In this document: one piece after another, positions 25,004-34,952 of the stretch
Numbering within the stretch: position 1 is the first letter of the stretch
How the letters are laid out: the number at the start of each line of letters is the position of its first letter
Origin: a virus
Taxonomy: Duplodnaviria > Caudoviricetes
Length of the DNA: 64,000 nucleotides
Virus record (IMG/VR): IMGVR_UViG_3300021387_003827
Coordinates: 32,001 to 96,000 of that record
Strand: one strand, 5' to 3'
The notes under the pieces: generated by a model
What the model was told of the DNA's origin: nothing
The model's database searches: none
Seen by the model: the letters and a program-made list of their open reading frames with translations, nothing else
Made by a program: the position numbers and the translations under genes

Positions 25004-27540
25004 TGGCTAAAAGCAGTAAAATTCCTGGTTATGAACAATTGACCAGACCAGAAGAAATATCTGCTCTATCTAAATATCTAAAAGCAAGAAGGGAGGACTT
25101 AGATTCCAAAACAGAGCTTGGTGAGGATAATTTAGAAGTCCCTGGAAGAAAGACCGGTAAAATTCCACATATTGACCGTCTTCCAGATAGCTACGAAAAT
25201 CTTAAGGTCTCTAAAGATACAAAACTTTCTAATACAAAGATCAACTTAGAGAACCAAGAGAATCTATCACTATCTAATGTCAGACTTAATGTTATGGACA
25301 ATGAGAAAGAAGGTATAGGAACTCTTGATTCTTCTAGAGTTGGTCTTCTTTCTTCATCTAAGAAAGACATTAACACTCTAGAAACGAAAGCTGAAAAATT
25401 AGAAAGTGATGGAAAGAGTGTAGAGCTAGGGAATAAAAGAGCGGAACTTGAAAATCCAGATAAAGATTTAAAACTATCGGGAAATAAAGAAGAATTACAT
25501 AATACAAAAAATAGTCTAGGATTATCGGGAAAGAGAGAAAAATTAATATCATCGAAAACTGGGAATCCGGAAGATCTATATGGTTCAGTACTAGGGGCTC
25601 CTGAAAATCAAAGTGGTGAGCCAGAAGAACTTTACGACTCTGTTCTTACTCCAGATATAGAACCAGAAGACAAAATAGAAGGCCTGGAAAACGATATTAT
25701 AAAACCAGACATAGAACCAGAGAAAGACTCAAGGCTTGAAGAGGGCAACTCAGAAAGAGTACCGGGGACTAAGAAGGAAGATATAGATAGTCTGGAATCA
25801 TCGAGATTAGATATAGAACCAGAAGACAAAATAGAAGACCTGGAAAACGATATTATAAAAGGACCTAGTGAATTAGATGTAGAACTAGAAGATTTCATAG
25901 ATATAATAAAAAATAGTGATAAAGACATATCACTTTATGATAAATTAATTAATCTTCTAGACTCTAATGGAAATGATATTAGTGAGTGGGAAGAAAAAAT
26001 AAAAGCACTTGTATCTACATATCTTAGCGATGATAATAAGATTTCTCCAGAAAAAGCTGCAGAATATGAGGCTAAACTAGAAAATACACTAAAGGTCTTA
26101 TCTATCGGTGGAAGTAATACCCTAAAAGACCTTCCAGATCCCAAAAATAGAGCATACCTTGAAGATATCTTTGGTCTTAGTAAATGGCTTGTTAAAAAAG
26201 GAAACTCAGAAAGAGTACCGGGGACTAAACTTCCGTCAGGTAGTAGTATAGTTAGTTATGGAAATGGAAATAATTATCTTCGATGGCTGGCTGAACAAAC
26301 TGCTACGGTTGGTGGTGTAACTAATCCTGTTTTTGGTGGAAAGACAAAAGAATTTCTAATCGAAGAAACTATAGCCGCACTTGTTATAGGTAGGGATAAA
26401 CTTGAGAGACTATCAAAAACAAATAGAGATAGACTTCCCGGAGACGACAACTGGGCCATCACATCTCTAGTACAAGGTGGAGTATCTGGCCTAATTGACT
26501 CTTCGCTAAATAAAGGAAAGCAAGTATTAAAGGACTTTGCTGGAAGAATATTAAAGAGTGGAGAGACTGGACCAAAACCGTCATATAATAGGCCAAAAGC
26601 GGGTCAAGTTGGTAAAAATAAAGAGTATTCCTTCTCTGGGGAAGATGAAAGTGGTACTATAATATTCAAAGATTCTTATGGATCCGGTGAGGGAATAAAA
26701 ACCACCCTCAAGGACCTTTGTGGATATTCTGGAGAGGTGGAATCTCTTGCCAAGGTTGTATCAGAATTAACCAAAGAAGGGTCTCTAATTACAACATGGA
26801 ATAAAGAAGACAGTCTAAAACTTACTTTGGATTCAAATTCTTTCTGGGAAGTTATTATTGAACCATATTGTGGAAAACTAAATGGTGGAATTTCTTATCT
26901 ACCGGCAATACAAGAGATAAATGCTATAAATAGTAAGACTCACGGCGTAAAGACGAGATACAATAAGTGGATACCATTTTCATCCTTTGAACTTTCCAAG
27001 TCTAAGGTAAATACAAAATCCGTTGGCTTATATGATGGAGAGATTGTATTCCCAGTATCTATGGAGTTTACAAATGAATTCAGATTAAATATAATTGACG
27101 ATCAGTATAAATCATGGAGAACATATTTCCAAAGATGTGCTGATGCTGCAATATATAATTCTGAACCTCATGGAAGTAATTATTATAGTTCTCCTGGGGA
27201 ATATATAACCGGAATAGATAAGACAAATATATTTCCTGCCTTCTATCAAAATATAACTTTTAGAATAAGAGTATATATAATGACTCCACAATTTTCTACA
27301 ATAAGAAAGTTTGATCTTTTATGTGTACTTCGAGATTTTATAGAAGAATTTAGTGGTGATATAGATGCTGGTGCTGGTGATCTTAGTGTTGCCTTTTCTA
27401 TAGTAGGTGAAAATCCGACAGACAGTGAAACACCGGGAATAAAGGTTCCGTTTGATACGACTAGATATCCCATACTCGCATCTGCCCTTAGTATTTTATC
27501 AAATGCTCCATCATTGACCGGCGGAGGAATAATAGGATAG
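25003..27540 (+). CDS. tail/baseplate protein with repetitive acidic N-terminal half and tube-like C-terminal domain
   Basis: Repeats DIEPEDKIExLENDIIK and GNSERVPGTK; C-terminal EFRLNIIDDQYKSWRTYF resembles tube-fold proteins. Confidence 0.5.
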   Translation: MAKSSKIPGYEQLTRPEEISALSKYLKARREDLDSKTELGEDNLEVPGRKTGKIPHIDRLPDSYENLKVSKDTKLSNTKINLENQENLSLSNVRLNVMDNEKEGIGTLDSSRVGLLSSSKKDINTLETKAEKLESDGKSVELGNKRAELENPDKDLKLSGNKEELHNTKNSLGLSGKREKLISSKTGNPEDLYGSVLGAPENQSGEPEELYDSVLTPDIEPEDKIEGLENDIIKPDIEPEKDSRLEEGNSERVPGTKKEDIDSLESSRLDIEPEDKIEDLENDIIKGPSELDVELEDFIDIIKNSDKDISLYDKLINLLDSNGNDISEWEEKIKALVSTYLSDDNKISPEKAAEYEAKLENTLKVLSIGGSNTLKDLPDPKNRAYLEDIFGLSKWLVKKGNSERVPGTKLPSGSSIVSYGNGNNYLRWLAEQTATVGGVTNPVFGGKTKEFLIEETIAALVIGRDKLERLSKTNRDRLPGDDNWAITSLVQGGVSGLIDSSLNKGKQVLKDFAGRILKSGETGPKPSYNRPKAGQVGKNKEYSFSGEDESGTIIFKDSYGSGEGIKTTLKDLCGYSGEVESLAKVVSELTKEGSLITTWNKEDSLKLTLDSNSFWEVIIEPYCGKLNGGISYLPAIQEINAINSKTHGVKTRYNKWIPFSSFELSKSKVNTKSVGLYDGEIVFPVSMEFTNEFRLNIIDDQYKSWRTYFQRCADAAIYNSEPHGSNYYSSPGEYITGIDKTNIFPAFYQNITFRIRVYIMTPQFSTIRKFDLLCVLRDFIEEFSGDIDAGAGDLSVAFSIVGENPTDSETPGIKVPFDTTRYPILASALSILSNAPSLTGGGIIG
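25653..25860 (+). repeat. 52 bp direct repeat with one mismatch (25653-25704 / 25809-25860)
   Basis: agatatagaaccagaagacaaaatagaag(g/a)cctggaaaacgatattataaaa. Confidence 0.9.
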
Positions 27541-27554
27541 GGAGGATATAAGCT

Positions 27555-28931
27555 ATGTACATGAAATTAGGAAATACAAGAATAAATTATACCACTAACC
27601 CTATTAATGACTTCTTAATCTTTGGAGGAATTGTAGACTCTGAAATAGGACCGGGAAAACCAAAATTAATCCGGACAGTTCAGGAGTTAGAATGTTACTT
27701 TGGGAAAGACTTTGATGAATATAACTTCTATTGTGAGCTTTTATCCTATAGCAATGTTTCACTTTATCTGGCAAGTACATCAGAGAGAAACAGAACATTT
27801 GAGACGATAGAAATAGATGGAGAGAGCTATGACAAAAGATCTGATATCTATCAAGCAACTAATTTTGCTGGGTTTAAATTCATTAATAAATCTGTCGGAT
27901 CAGTTGAAGAAGGTATATATGTAGTTGATTCAAAAATTGGTGTTAGAATTGAAGTTCTTGGCAATAATGTTTTTAGATTCACAATTACACGGTTTGGATA
28001 TGAAGAAGTTTTTGAGGGAAGTGTAGATAATATTCCTGGGAAGAATAGAATTGATTATATGATCTCTCAAAAATCTAATCTTATATCATGCGAACTTATA
28101 GATAAAACACAATTACCGGGGGAAGATGTTTCTAAAGATCTTTTTATAGATGGAAATGGTTTATACTTAATATCAATTTCTGAAGATGGAGAAGAAACAA
28201 GAGTATTTGGAATATCGGATAAAATAATCACTTCATCTTATGCAGCCCTCTTAGAAGAGATGTTTTCAGAAGATGAAGATAATATATATGTAGATTATCT
28301 ATTACTTCCTAGGTTAGGTAATATAGTTATAAATAAACTTATAAAAATAGCAAGTAATTTTAATTTTCAGGCTCTCATAGATGTTCCTGGAGATTATACT
28401 ACAACAGAAGACGGGGATAATCGACTTATATATTTCTACTCTTCCGGAAATCTACTCTATAATGGGTGGGCTAGACCTGGATACTATACCTTTCTTAGGG
28501 GTATTATAAATGGTATATTCTCTTGGTCTGGAAATGACATCTCTTATGTTCCACCAGAGGATACAGAAACACTAGAGAACAATCATATAAACTTTCTTAC
28601 TTCAAATAACTATAAATATTTCTTTAGGAAATACTTTAACATGGGAACTGGAACGACAATATGGAAAAGATTTGCTATAGGAAAAATTTATAGAGAACTG
28701 ATGAAGAATAAATGGAATTATCTTGGGAAAAAGGACACGGATGCTTTAACCGAAGATAATATCCGAACAATCTTAGATAGAATCGTTAGTTACTTCCCAA
28801 TCATTAGTTCAATAGATATAGAAGAACTAAACATAGATTCACGAAATAATAAGCTAAGCCTTACACTACGAACTGAGGTAGATGACTTGGCGGATAATGA
28901 TATAGAATTAGATATAACTATTAATTATTAA
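27555..28931 (+). CDS. second, divergent tail sheath-like protein
   Basis: N-terminal SEIGPGKPKLIRTVQELECYFG sheath motif; sheath-like C-terminus; directly upstream of the tube gene. Confidence 0.6.
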   Translation: MYMKLGNTRINYTTNPINDFLIFGGIVDSEIGPGKPKLIRTVQELECYFGKDFDEYNFYCELLSYSNVSLYLASTSERNRTFETIEIDGESYDKRSDIYQATNFAGFKFINKSVGSVEEGIYVVDSKIGVRIEVLGNNVFRFTITRFGYEEVFEGSVDNIPGKNRIDYMISQKSNLISCELIDKTQLPGEDVSKDLFIDGNGLYLISISEDGEETRVFGISDKIITSSYAALLEEMFSEDEDNIYVDYLLLPRLGNIVINKLIKIASNFNFQALIDVPGDYTTTEDGDNRLIYFYSSGNLLYNGWARPGYYTFLRGIINGIFSWSGNDISYVPPEDTETLENNHINFLTSNNYKYFFRKYFNMGTGTTIWKRFAIGKIYRELMKNKWNYLGKKDTDALTEDNIRTILDRIVSYFPIISSIDIEELNIDSRNNKLSLTLRTEVDDLADNDIELDITINY

Positions 28932-28935
28932 CTTT

Positions 28936-29523
28936 ATGGCAACAGTAACTGACCTTGTTCGTGGTAATAAGGGCCGTATGAGCTTTATTGATTACAACTC
29001 AACCTATAGAGACAATAACAAAGAGTTTCTTAGGGGTGATATGTGGGAATTTCAGTTTGTAAATCCACCTAGAATTGTATACTATCCTGGTGACGATATT
29101 GTAAATGCTAGACTAAATAGTGTACAAGTAGCTATTGATAACTCTGTGAATGGGTTTGAAAAGAGAATGAGGGGAAATTATGTCATTCGTCAGCAGACAG
29201 GACAGAATACCTCTGGTTCCTTATCCTTAGCTTTTATTGATAGAGAGGATCAAGCTATCTCTTATTGGATTGACGACTGGAGACAAAAAATTTCTGATCG
29301 TGATACAAAATATTCCTTCAGAAAGGACGATCTTGTATGCGACTGCAGAATGATTATAACCAATTCTTCAAGAATTGACGTAAGAACGCTTGATTTCTAT
29401 AATTGTGTTATTATGGACGGTACCCTAGATGAAAGTGGTGCTGACGTAGATGGTACTGATAGAGCAGACGTTCAGCTACAACTTGCTTTCGAACATTACG
29501 AGAGAAGTTGGGATAATCTTTAA
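28936..29523 (+). CDS. tail tube protein (T4 gp19-like)
   Basis: 195 aa; SLSLAFIDRED...ISYWIDDW...LDFYNC...QLQLAFEHY tube pattern. Confidence 0.75.
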   Translation: MATVTDLVRGNKGRMSFIDYNSTYRDNNKEFLRGDMWEFQFVNPPRIVYYPGDDIVNARLNSVQVAIDNSVNGFEKRMRGNYVIRQQTGQNTSGSLSLAFIDREDQAISYWIDDWRQKISDRDTKYSFRKDDLVCDCRMIITNSSRIDVRTLDFYNCVIMDGTLDESGADVDGTDRADVQLQLAFEHYERSWDNL

Positions 29524-29590
29524 TTTCTAACATAGAGGGGATTATGGAAAATATAATCCCAGATCCCCTCTCTCTTTAATTAAAAAAAAT

Positions 29591-30349
29591 ATGGAAATAT
29601 TAGCATCAACACTACCCTCCGGAGGATATGGCTACAGTTTCCCGTCTATCTCTATTCGCCCTATGACATTTCGCGAAATAGTAGAATACGTAGAAAATGT
29701 TCCCTCTGACCCACTGGAAAAATACTTATTTGATATACGGCTTCTTACCAGAGAGGACGAAAATATCATGGACTGCTATGTAATGGACCTGGACTTTCTG
29801 ATTTTCTTCAAGAAACTTATTACAGTATCCAAAGACATGGTATATACTATATCTACTAAATGTCCTAAATGTGGTAAAGAAATAAAAACACAAATTTCAC
29901 TATCAGAAGATATTCACTTTAAGCAAATAGATGAACAGGTTATGAATGGGGCCTATATTACTCTTGGAGGGCATAAATATGAAACCATTGTACCTACAGT
30001 CCGAGATTTCCTTAAAGTATTTGAAAAATATCTTAGATTCAGAAAAATAGAAGATTTGAAATTAATTAAGACTATTTCTCTGATTAAAGATTTTGAGAAA
30101 AATGGTAACCAGATAGAAAAAGATGTTCTGGGAGCCACACATGAAGATGTTACTCTCCTTCTTGCATTACGAGAGTTATACTTTGATAGACTTGAACCAA
30201 TCACTCTTTATTGCCCAGATTGTGATAAAGAATTAAATAATGAAGAAAGGAGGGGTATGGCAGTAAGTGTTGAGTCGCTTATTGTCGACTTCTTTCGAGA
30301 CCTCTGTAACAATTCCCCAATTGATGGAGATAAAATTCTTTTTAAATAA
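29591..30349 (+). CDS. baseplate hub assembly/tail chaperone (T4 gp26-like)
   Basis: LPSGG...ISIRPMTFRE N-terminus, CPKC and CPDC zinc knuckles, ending in DFF. Confidence 0.7.
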   Translation: MEILASTLPSGGYGYSFPSISIRPMTFREIVEYVENVPSDPLEKYLFDIRLLTREDENIMDCYVMDLDFLIFFKKLITVSKDMVYTISTKCPKCGKEIKTQISLSEDIHFKQIDEQVMNGAYITLGGHKYETIVPTVRDFLKVFEKYLRFRKIEDLKLIKTISLIKDFEKNGNQIEKDVLGATHEDVTLLLALRELYFDRLEPITLYCPDCDKELNNEERRGMAVSVESLIVDFFRDLCNNSPIDGDKILFK

Positions 30350-30596
30350 GTTCATAAAGATTAATAATATTGAAGATTATACTTTGGCTTCTATAGACGA
30401 AATGAGAGATACCTATGATCGATTCCTAGAGAAAACAGAAGGTGTTGATCCAGACTATCCATATCTTCGTTTAGGACAAGGAGAAAAAGGTAAAGTCTTA
30501 GGAACTAGAGGAACCAATATATACTCAGTCATTGGAGAGGGAGAAAGTAAAGAGGATGTATATGATAGAATAAGAAATAACCATGGCAGACAATAG
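30324..30596 (+). CDS. small tail assembly protein (gp51-like position; likely start ATG 30324)
   Basis: Overlaps the gp26-like gene and precedes the tape-measure-like gene. Confidence 0.45.
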   Translation: MEIKFFLNKFIKINNIEDYTLASIDEMRDTYDRFLEKTEGVDPDYPYLRLGQGEKGKVLGTRGTNIYSVIGEGESKEDVYDRIRNNHGRQ

Positions 30597-33444
30597 GAAA
30601 GGGGCTAATGATCTTGAGGAATATCAGCAGGCCCAAAATCAATTACTTGCTATACAGGCGGAACAGAGTAAGAATTTAGCTACCGCACGTGCTAATAATG
30701 AAGCAGATAGACAGCAAATTAATACTGTCGCTCAAGCAGGGATGGTGGCCGCTCAAGATGCCAATTTCAACCCTGCCACTAATAATATATTGGGTAGATA
30801 TGGACTCCAAAAACCAAGAACTGTATCTACCCAAGGAAGAAGTGTTCAAACCACTCCTCAAAATATAACAGTAAATAATTATTATAACAATACAACAAAC
30901 TATCCAATCCCAGGGCGAGAGTTAGCCTTTAGAAGCCCACAACAACAGAACAATCTAGCTTCGTTTAAATCGTGGATCTCTGGTGTATTCTCACGACAAA
31001 ATGAACAGGCTGCACTTAGAGAAAGAGAATACAACAAGAAAGAAAGGTCCCTTGCCAGAGATGCAAATCGGGTAATGAGGAAAATGGAAGAAGTTGGAAA
31101 AAGTGTTGGACGAGCTCTAGATCCAAGACGTGCAGCAGATAATCCAAAAAATCAAATAATGACGTTCCTCAAGCTCTTCGGTATTTATGAGATTGTTAAA
31201 AACTGGGATAAAATTCTAGATACTATAAATAAGATTGAAAATAGAATATCCTCCCTAATTGGATATGACGGAGAAAGGCTTGAGATCAGGAATGGAACCC
31301 TATATAAAGCCCTTGTCCATTATACCGGGGGAAAAGAAGGCGACACTCTTAGTAAATCTCTTAAAGGTTTACTTACCGATGAAAAAACTGGTATCTTCGG
31401 TCTAATAAAACAATACTTTAATGGACTTATAGAAGAGAGAAAAGCAGCCGTAAGTACTGTCGATAGACCTGAGATAGTGAGAAATAAAATGGGTCTACCT
31501 GATATAGGGGGAACTATAACCAACATCGCTAATTATCTTGGTGATATCTTAAATGCTCTGATCGGTGGTGCTTCGGGGGTTAAGAAAATAGCAGCCAAGA
31601 ATATTCAAAGATCAGCGGACGAAATATATGACACAGAAAGAGAGAAAGATAAATCCTCCTATGGCAGATATACTTCGGGAGCAAACTTCGCTGGAAAAGT
31701 GGATAGATCTTTAAAAGGGAATACAGATCTTGGTGATGCAAATGTTACTCTCCCGTATGGACTTGGAAGACAGACGTACCTAGATTCAAGAATTGACCTA
31801 GACTCTTCTGGAAACTTAAATTCTACACATGCCTCTTTAGCACAATCTGGAGCACTTGTAACTGCTCTTAATGATGCAAAGAAATCTGGAAATATTAAGA
31901 CCTCTGTGGTTCTCTCAGGATTTGATAGGCTTAAGACTTATGCCAAAACTCATAATGGAGCTGTGGTAGATGAAGAATTCTTAAAGAATTATTATGGGGG
32001 AACAGATATCGGGTCGGAGAGATGGTTTAAACTCGTTGCAGTTCCAAAGGAAGAAAAAGATTATTCTAGGTTAGGACAATACCCGACAGATATATCGTGG
32101 GGAGATGTGGCTGGAGATTGGTATAAAATGAAAATGCTTCCGGAGCTCTATGAGAAATTTAGATCCCTAGGTATAAATAACTATACACTAAAACTAGTCC
32201 CTGCCAAAGATAGAAACGATAAGGGACTAGATCTTGGAGATGGATATGGTGGTATTTATAAGTTCTATACCCTATCATCAAATGACATAGACCAGCTTGT
32301 ATCTAAGTTTACAGGAAATAATGATACAAGAGTTGACTTGACTAATAAAAATTTCTCTGAGTCTATGGTATCCGCTCTAAATAGAGAAGTTATTGCCGGG
32401 AGATATGACAGAGACGCTTTATCCCCTACCCATAATCTTGACATAGATCAAACATTCAGAGATTATGAGTATGTCCAAGGTGTTCATAATAATCTTCAGA
32501 CAGAATTTGATGAAAACATGGATAATGCTCAATTTAAGGAAGCTTGGAAAAATATTAAAACCGGCTACTATGAGAGAATGCCACATACAAATTCAGATAG
32601 AGAGTTCTTTAATGCATACTACGGACCGACGGTAGATTATCTCAAGAGAAATGGAATGTCTCAGGAAAATGCAGAAGAATTTGCCCTTCAGCTTATAAGT
32701 CACTGGGCAATGGAAACCGGCAATGGTAAGCATATGTCCGCCAACTTCAACATGGGAAATATTCATGCTGGGGAGAATTGGAAAGGAGAAAGTGTAGCTG
32801 GAACTGATACCGTAGCTGGAAAGGGAACTGCCCGATATAACACCTACTTCCGGAAATATAGAAGCCTTGATGAATATCTCGACGATAGTATGAAGCTCTT
32901 GTCCAACTCTAACTATAATTATATAAATAGAGGAGAGAATGGACTAAGCTTCAGAAATGGAATGGGACCTGAAGATTACTTTGAAGCTCTCCAGGTAAGA
33001 AGTAAGTACCATTGGGCTGGAAAATGGAACGGGGATAATTGGAGAAAAAATTACCTAGGAAAATTTAGAACAGTCCGAGATGAATTGGCAGAGGAAAGAG
33101 CAGCCAGGAAAGCCCAGTATGTTCCAAGCCCCTATATAGACCAGGAGGGTAAATCTGTTCCATTCATGTGGGGAGATAGATTTATGTATAACCCGGCGAC
33201 ATTCTCTTCTGTCGGTTCTAGTGTATTACTTCCAACTCCAGAAGATATTACCTCTGGAACTAAGACTATGAGAACAAGAGCCAGTGTTGAGGAGGCTATG
33301 AAAAATATGCCAGAAACTCTAAATGATATCAGGAGCGCATTAATAGCCCAAGGACAGGTAAGCACACAATACTACGAAGACGAAACACAATTACTATCCG
33401 AGATGCTTGCAAAATTGGGTAGAAGAAAAGGAGATAATGAATGA
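30583..33444 (+). CDS. tape-measure/hub-like tail protein with GH73 glucosaminidase (FlgJ-like) domain
   Basis: Coiled-coil N-terminus; HWAMETGNG...NFNMGNIHA...FRKYRSLDE...HWA glucosaminidase motifs (~32600-33100). Confidence 0.75.
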   Translation: MADNRKGANDLEEYQQAQNQLLAIQAEQSKNLATARANNEADRQQINTVAQAGMVAAQDANFNPATNNILGRYGLQKPRTVSTQGRSVQTTPQNITVNNYYNNTTNYPIPGRELAFRSPQQQNNLASFKSWISGVFSRQNEQAALREREYNKKERSLARDANRVMRKMEEVGKSVGRALDPRRAADNPKNQIMTFLKLFGIYEIVKNWDKILDTINKIENRISSLIGYDGERLEIRNGTLYKALVHYTGGKEGDTLSKSLKGLLTDEKTGIFGLIKQYFNGLIEERKAAVSTVDRPEIVRNKMGLPDIGGTITNIANYLGDILNALIGGASGVKKIAAKNIQRSADEIYDTEREKDKSSYGRYTSGANFAGKVDRSLKGNTDLGDANVTLPYGLGRQTYLDSRIDLDSSGNLNSTHASLAQSGALVTALNDAKKSGNIKTSVVLSGFDRLKTYAKTHNGAVVDEEFLKNYYGGTDIGSERWFKLVAVPKEEKDYSRLGQYPTDISWGDVAGDWYKMKMLPELYEKFRSLGINNYTLKLVPAKDRNDKGLDLGDGYGGIYKFYTLSSNDIDQLVSKFTGNNDTRVDLTNKNFSESMVSALNREVIAGRYDRDALSPTHNLDIDQTFRDYEYVQGVHNNLQTEFDENMDNAQFKEAWKNIKTGYYERMPHTNSDREFFNAYYGPTVDYLKRNGMSQENAEEFALQLISHWAMETGNGKHMSANFNMGNIHAGENWKGESVAGTDTVAGKGTARYNTYFRKYRSLDEYLDDSMKLLSNSNYNYINRGENGLSFRNGMGPEDYFEALQVRSKYHWAGKWNGDNWRKNYLGKFRTVRDELAEERAARKAQYVPSPYIDQEGKSVPFMWGDRFMYNPATFSSVGSSVLLPTPEDITSGTKTMRTRASVEEAMKNMPETLNDIRSALIAQGQVSTQYYEDETQLLSEMLAKLGRRKGDNE

Positions 33445-34643
33445 AAGAAAATAATTTATCAGGATGGTATTATGACCTCCAACGAGATAATGAAATAACC
33501 TCTGTAAAACTTCTAGCCAATACTTATAAAAGTAATGAGAAGAGAAAGAAGAATGTGTTTACAACTGACTCTGATGGGAATAAAATCTTTGCCACAGAGG
33601 GAGGAAGCAATAATACACTACTTTTCGAAGAAGAAGGAACAGGGGAGAATATTTGGAAAAAAGCCGTAGATGCGAAGGGAGAAAATCCGGAATGGTGGGA
33701 AGAAGATTCTGATGGATATAATAAACTTCTCTGTAAGTCCATTATATCTGAGGATTTTAATATATCTACTACCAACTCTTGGACTGACTTCGGAGGCGAT
33801 CCACTAGGTGCTGCATGGGAAGGAATAGCTAAACCTTTGGCACCATACGCTACTATGTTTAAAGATGCTCTAAATTCTTTGGTAGAAAAACAAAATATCA
33901 GGAAATCAAATGGGGCGGAAGAAGGTAAAGTTGCATCTCTCATGTCAAAGGCAACAGAATTAATGTCTACCTTCTCGAATAATAATTCCTTAAGTGAGTA
34001 CCTCAATAAATCTTTGGTTGTACAAGGAACAAGATTTACATATTATTCTGGAACAGGCATCTCATTTAATAACCTAGGAATGAGATTTACAATATTCCCG
34101 CGATATGACGAGAATGGAAAATTTATGTCAGTCCTGGATCAGATTGGAGATATTTTACCATATATCGTCGGAAGATTTGTACCATTTCATATAAGTGATA
34201 CTCAAACAGCCTCTTTAGTACAGAAATTTGTTGGAAATACAGCTATAAAAGATGTAGAGGCTTTTGTATCCCAATATGTAAATTGGCAAGAACCTCCTGG
34301 TGGATTTATGGCTAAGAATAAAGATGTAGATCAGACTGGTATAACTGATGCAGATTCTCCTCAATTTGGAACTCTTAAATTAAAAATAGGTGGACTCTAT
34401 GCCATAACTAATCTAGTCTGTGCAGATGCGTCTCTTACTTTTTCCAAGCAAATGGTAAAAGGTCCAAGCAGTGAAACCCCCTTAACACCACTCTACTGTG
34501 ATGTTAACCTCATGCTTAAGCCTGCCACTAAGTATTCCGATAAGTCCTTAATGAGATTTATAAATGGAAAGGCTATGGAAGGTGATCAGAATAGTATAAA
34601 GAAAAGATTAAAAGATGGCCTAGATGCAGCCAAGAAGAACTAA
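33441..34643 (+). CDS. baseplate/tube initiator (gp48/gp54-like)
   Basis: LKLKIGGLYAITNLVC...SLTFS...PLYCDVNLMLKP pattern; synteny. Confidence 0.55.
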   Translation: MKENNLSGWYYDLQRDNEITSVKLLANTYKSNEKRKKNVFTTDSDGNKIFATEGGSNNTLLFEEEGTGENIWKKAVDAKGENPEWWEEDSDGYNKLLCKSIISEDFNISTTNSWTDFGGDPLGAAWEGIAKPLAPYATMFKDALNSLVEKQNIRKSNGAEEGKVASLMSKATELMSTFSNNNSLSEYLNKSLVVQGTRFTYYSGTGISFNNLGMRFTIFPRYDENGKFMSVLDQIGDILPYIVGRFVPFHISDTQTASLVQKFVGNTAIKDVEAFVSQYVNWQEPPGGFMAKNKDVDQTGITDADSPQFGTLKLKIGGLYAITNLVCADASLTFSKQMVKGPSSETPLTPLYCDVNLMLKPATKYSDKSLMRFINGKAMEGDQNSIKKRLKDGLDAAKKN

Positions 34644-34645
34644 CT

Positions 34646-34951
34646 ATGTATAGAAAAAATAATACCATAGTTGGATCTAAAAATGAATTAGGGAATTATG
34701 TAGAGGGCGCTGATATCTACAACTCCGCCCTCTTATCCCTAATCGATGATCCAAATATACCTAAATCTCTATATACAATTACAATATATGAATACAGACC
34801 AGATCTCATAGCAAGAGAGTTTTATGGGTCTGAAGAATATCTTGGAATTCTTGTATATCAGGTTGGGATAGGCCTAGAGAATTATGTTAAAGGCACCGTT
34901 CTTAAGCTTATTCCTAAAGAAACTATTGATTTATTTATAAAGAATATATAA
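34646..34951 (+). CDS. baseplate wedge LysM-like protein (gp53/gpX-like)
   Basis: YRPDLIAREFYGS...GTVLKLIP. Confidence 0.75.
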   Translation: MYRKNNTIVGSKNELGNYVEGADIYNSALLSLIDDPNIPKSLYTITIYEYRPDLIAREFYGSEEYLGILVYQVGIGLENYVKGTVLKLIPKETIDLFIKNI

Positions 34952-34952
34952 T

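Noticed and set aside
25600-25900. CRISPR-like array
   Set aside because: Repeats are in-frame coding duplications with few copies and no regular spacer structure.
30267-30596. Possible programmed frameshift (lambda G/GT-like) between the chaperone and the next ORF
   Set aside because: The downstream frame is +1 rather than -1, there is no clear X XXY YYZ slippery heptamer, and an in-frame ATG exists at 30324.
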